Below are positions 61,122 through 64,000 of a stretch of DNA of 64,000 nt, piece by piece. The notes under the pieces are model-generated. The model was not told the origin of the DNA, did no database searches, and saw only the letters and a list, made by a program, of their open reading frames with translations. The stretch is from Octopus sinensis (lineage: Eukaryota): positions 115,754,001 through 115,818,000 of the forward strand of contig NC_043002.1 in assembly GCF_006345805.1 (NCBI RefSeq), given 5' to 3'. Within the stretch, counting starts at the first letter, position 1. Each line of letters opens with the position of its first letter. The translations under genes were made by a program, and so were the position numbers.

Positions 61122-61467
61122 TCTCTATTTATATAAGCGGCATATGTGTATGTGTGTGTGTGTGTGTGTGTCCTTAATACAAATCCACAATTTTTCAGTT
61201 AGAGGGCTCACACTTTCTATGGTCATTCAAAACCATCCAAGGGTGGTCGTGCACATCTTTACATTTCCCCAGTCACCCCGCAAAGCCATTAAAAAATCAA
61301 TAGAAGTGACTTTTTTGTGAATTTTCTATCCAAAACCCAATCAAAATGCCTGAAACTTGATACGCCAATTGAATGCCAGCTAGCTGTATGTGAGAGGGCG
61401 GAGATTTGGACATTACTCGCGTGTATGTGCGCATGCACGCAGTTGTATATGCATGCAGTAGCACTAG
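61122..61467 (+). mobile_element. Non-autonomous Helitron (sister of 44418-44758)
   Basis: A|TCTCTATTTATATAAG ... CTAG|T; long identical stretches shared with the 44.4-kb copy. Confidence 0.8.
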
Positions 61468-61978
61468 TTTTTCCATAATTTTCTTTCATTTCACCAAGAT
61501 ATTTTAAATTTTATTGCATTTCTGATGTCTAAGGATGGATATTTATGTGTATGACTCTTTTCAAATTTAATTCTGGAGAACTGAGAGGGTAAATTTATCT
61601 TATTTTGTCTTACCCATTTTGCCCCGCCTAAATTTGTCTTTTATATGCTCAAAGAGAACAGTGATAATTTTCTGAAATAGTGTTCTAAATATCTTATAGG
61701 TTTTATGGCATTTAGAGAAGGTCTTTACTTTGCTGATATAGTTTTGACAAGGTAGTGAAGATTTGTAAAGAATATAGTTTCTTCAAAGTCAAAAATGCAG
61801 TAAATATTACTCATAGTGCCCCACCTGCTCTTACTGGAAACTAGAAAAGCAGACTTCCTCCATTTTCATCTGGGTTACCCTGCTTTTTATTTCTTTTTTT
61901 ATGCATTACAAAACAATGAAGGGAAGCTGTTTTAATAGAATTTTTAAAATCCATGTCTTTTAAATGTTGGTATCTCTA

Positions 61979-62029
<51 letters not shown>

Positions 62030-63457
62030 TTATGACTTTGGAACAGCAACAACAGCATAATTTGCTGTCATTTTATCTTATTCTATATTCTGAAACATAT
62101 GTAACTTACATTAAGAGAAAAGATCTAATCTCACTCTTGCCTCCTTCATTGTACTTTTCACAATGAAAGAAAAGTCAAACACCGCAAATGGATGTGTGAA
62201 AAGCAAAACTTGAATTTTGAAAAAGCGTATCTATAAAGCAACATTTTCAGTCATTTAAACTTTCTCTGCTAATTCATCAAATTCAATTATTTGAAACAGA
62301 TGGGTTTTGAGATTTAAATTTGGAAATTTTCTAAGATTTTAATTCTAGTGTATAAGGGGCCCACCAAACTTGAAGTGCCCCAGGCCTCCCCATAGTTTAA
62401 ATCCGGTCCTGAGTAGGGTCATGAGTGCTCTTAATCTTGTCTTATCAAGAACATGATAACTTCTCTAGTGATGGTGCCATTATAAATTGTCCCCAGTATT
62501 TCTCTGTTGCATGTTTGATGTTAAGAAAGGTATCCAGCCTTAGAAACTATGCCAAAATATAATGTATAAGTGGGATATGTCCCTTCCGCAACTGTTGAAG
62601 CAATTACTGAAATAAAGGTTGTAATGTATTTATTTTAATTTCATTTTCCATATCATTTTGATGCCATCATTTCTAACAGCACAGGTACACTAGTATATAA
62701 GAATATAAAAGAGGACATAATTTCTGAACAAAGTATGAAATGCTATTGATTTCTGACAAGTGTCTTTTATTTTAACCACCAAACAGATATTGATATTGTA
62801 GAAAGTGGCCATTCAGCTTGAAGACTGGCCAGAAATTAGAAGCACAAAGCCCAAATAAGGATGGTTACTCTGTTAAAAACTTTCAGTTGATCAAAAATGA
62901 TGAGAGTTTCATCAAAGCTATAGTTTGTTCCTTTTTACAATGTATTACATGAGATGAAAATCCCCTATTTGGAAGTGCATAGGTCTGTATTGGTACTGAC
63001 AAAATCTTGTTGTAATTTGGAGTGTGTCTTTCAGCTTCCCTACAATTTCTTTTAGTTCATAGAAACACTAATGCTGAAACTTTGTTGTTGATGAGGATTA
63101 TGTTATGCATAGTTTTTGCTATTGATTCATCAGACTTTCACCACTCTTCTCCTTAGTTCTTGAGCAGTGAGCTGTCCTCTTTTCTCATCCGACACCTTGT
63201 CATTTCTCCAGTTTAATCTTCTCATTCCCTAAACTGGAGTTGGTAAAAGGGCAAGCTGTGTCAGTGTATAAGTATAAGCAGGCTTAATCAATTCTATCAG
63301 TCCCAATATTTAATTGGCATTGTATTTTATTGATCTTTGAAGGATGAAAGACAACATTGATCTTGGCAGGATTTGAACTCAGAAACTAAAGAGCTGAAAG
63401 AAGTACCACAATGCATTTCTTTCTCACCACTCGTATTACTGTATAAATAACAACAAA

Positions 63458-63545
63458 AATAATGATGATGATGCTGATGATGATGATGATGGTGATGGTG
63501 ATGATGATGATGATGATGATGGCAATAATAAAAATAATAATAATT
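63458..63545. repeat. Compound (GAT)n/(AAT)n microsatellite
   Basis: Direct read. Confidence 0.92.
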
Positions 63546-64000
63546 GGTATAAAAGATGGGCTACAGCAAATATTCTACTCAATACCACAGATTTGCTTGT
63601 CAGTTGTTTAACCTTAACCAGTTGATCATGCCCCTTAGTGGCTGACAATATGTGCATCTCTAATCACAAGTAGAAGTAGTGGGGGGCATAATAGCCATGT
63701 GTTGAGAGGAATTCTTTGGGGTTTGGATAATTCACCTCTGGAAACATGGGTGGTTTGTTCAACATCCTTAAACAAGGTTATGCACTGTTTATCATGATAT
63801 GAGATCACCAAGTTGTGCACATATGGTTGTGTTGCATGTGCCTGGTGTACCCTTATCAAACAGGTAGTCATGATGGGTATACTGAGCTTTGATGGCATGC
63901 ACTGCTCTCTCAATAATAATAATAATAATAATAATGATAAATTAGACCAAAGCCAAACTTAAATATTTAGGAATCCATGAACTAGATAAGATACAACACA

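Larger units (their letters stand above)
57586..62411. mobile_element. hAT-type non-autonomous element (4.8 kb) carrying nested Helitrons
   Basis: Exact 8-bp TSD AGTAGGGT at 57578-57585 and 62412-62419; imperfect TIRs CAGGCTGAATTTA / TAAATCCGGTCCTG; subterminal TGCCCCAGG and GGGGCCC motifs; no hAT transposase recognised. Confidence 0.8.

Noticed and set aside
63545-63905. Probable interspersed repeat (MITE-like) near the window end
   Set aside because: No second copy or resolvable TIR/TSD in the window, so I cannot classify it from this sequence alone.

Overview
AT-rich, microsatellite- and retroposon-dense animal genomic DNA. The repeat families look like those of Octopus; this is my inference, not a search result. 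Two convergent intron-containing protein genes can be rebuilt from canonical GT-AG exons that the ORF track largely misses. (1) The 3' half of a divergent actin-family gene on + (5 exons, 2013-11976; its 5' exons lie outside the window). (2) A complete 6-exon, 272-aa SR splicing factor (RRM + one CCHC zinc knuckle + RS domain) on - (54478->12937), including a 12-nt microexon at 41505-41516. Introns and flanks hold tRNA-derived SINEs, decayed RTE, CR1/L2 and Penelope-like retroelements, mariner and piggyBac remnants, Helentron-like elements, and a 4.8-kb hAT-type shell with an 8-bp TSD carrying nested Helitrons, a helicase fragment and a 166-bp tandem array. The most interesting signals are the SR gene's candidate splicing-regulatory cassette system (frame-preserving microexon in the RRM loop, several candidate PTC 'poison' exons, a TE-poor intron zone) and several long intronic fold-back structures. 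No CRISPR, rRNA or true tRNA gene was seen, and I found nothing I can firmly call a new biological system.
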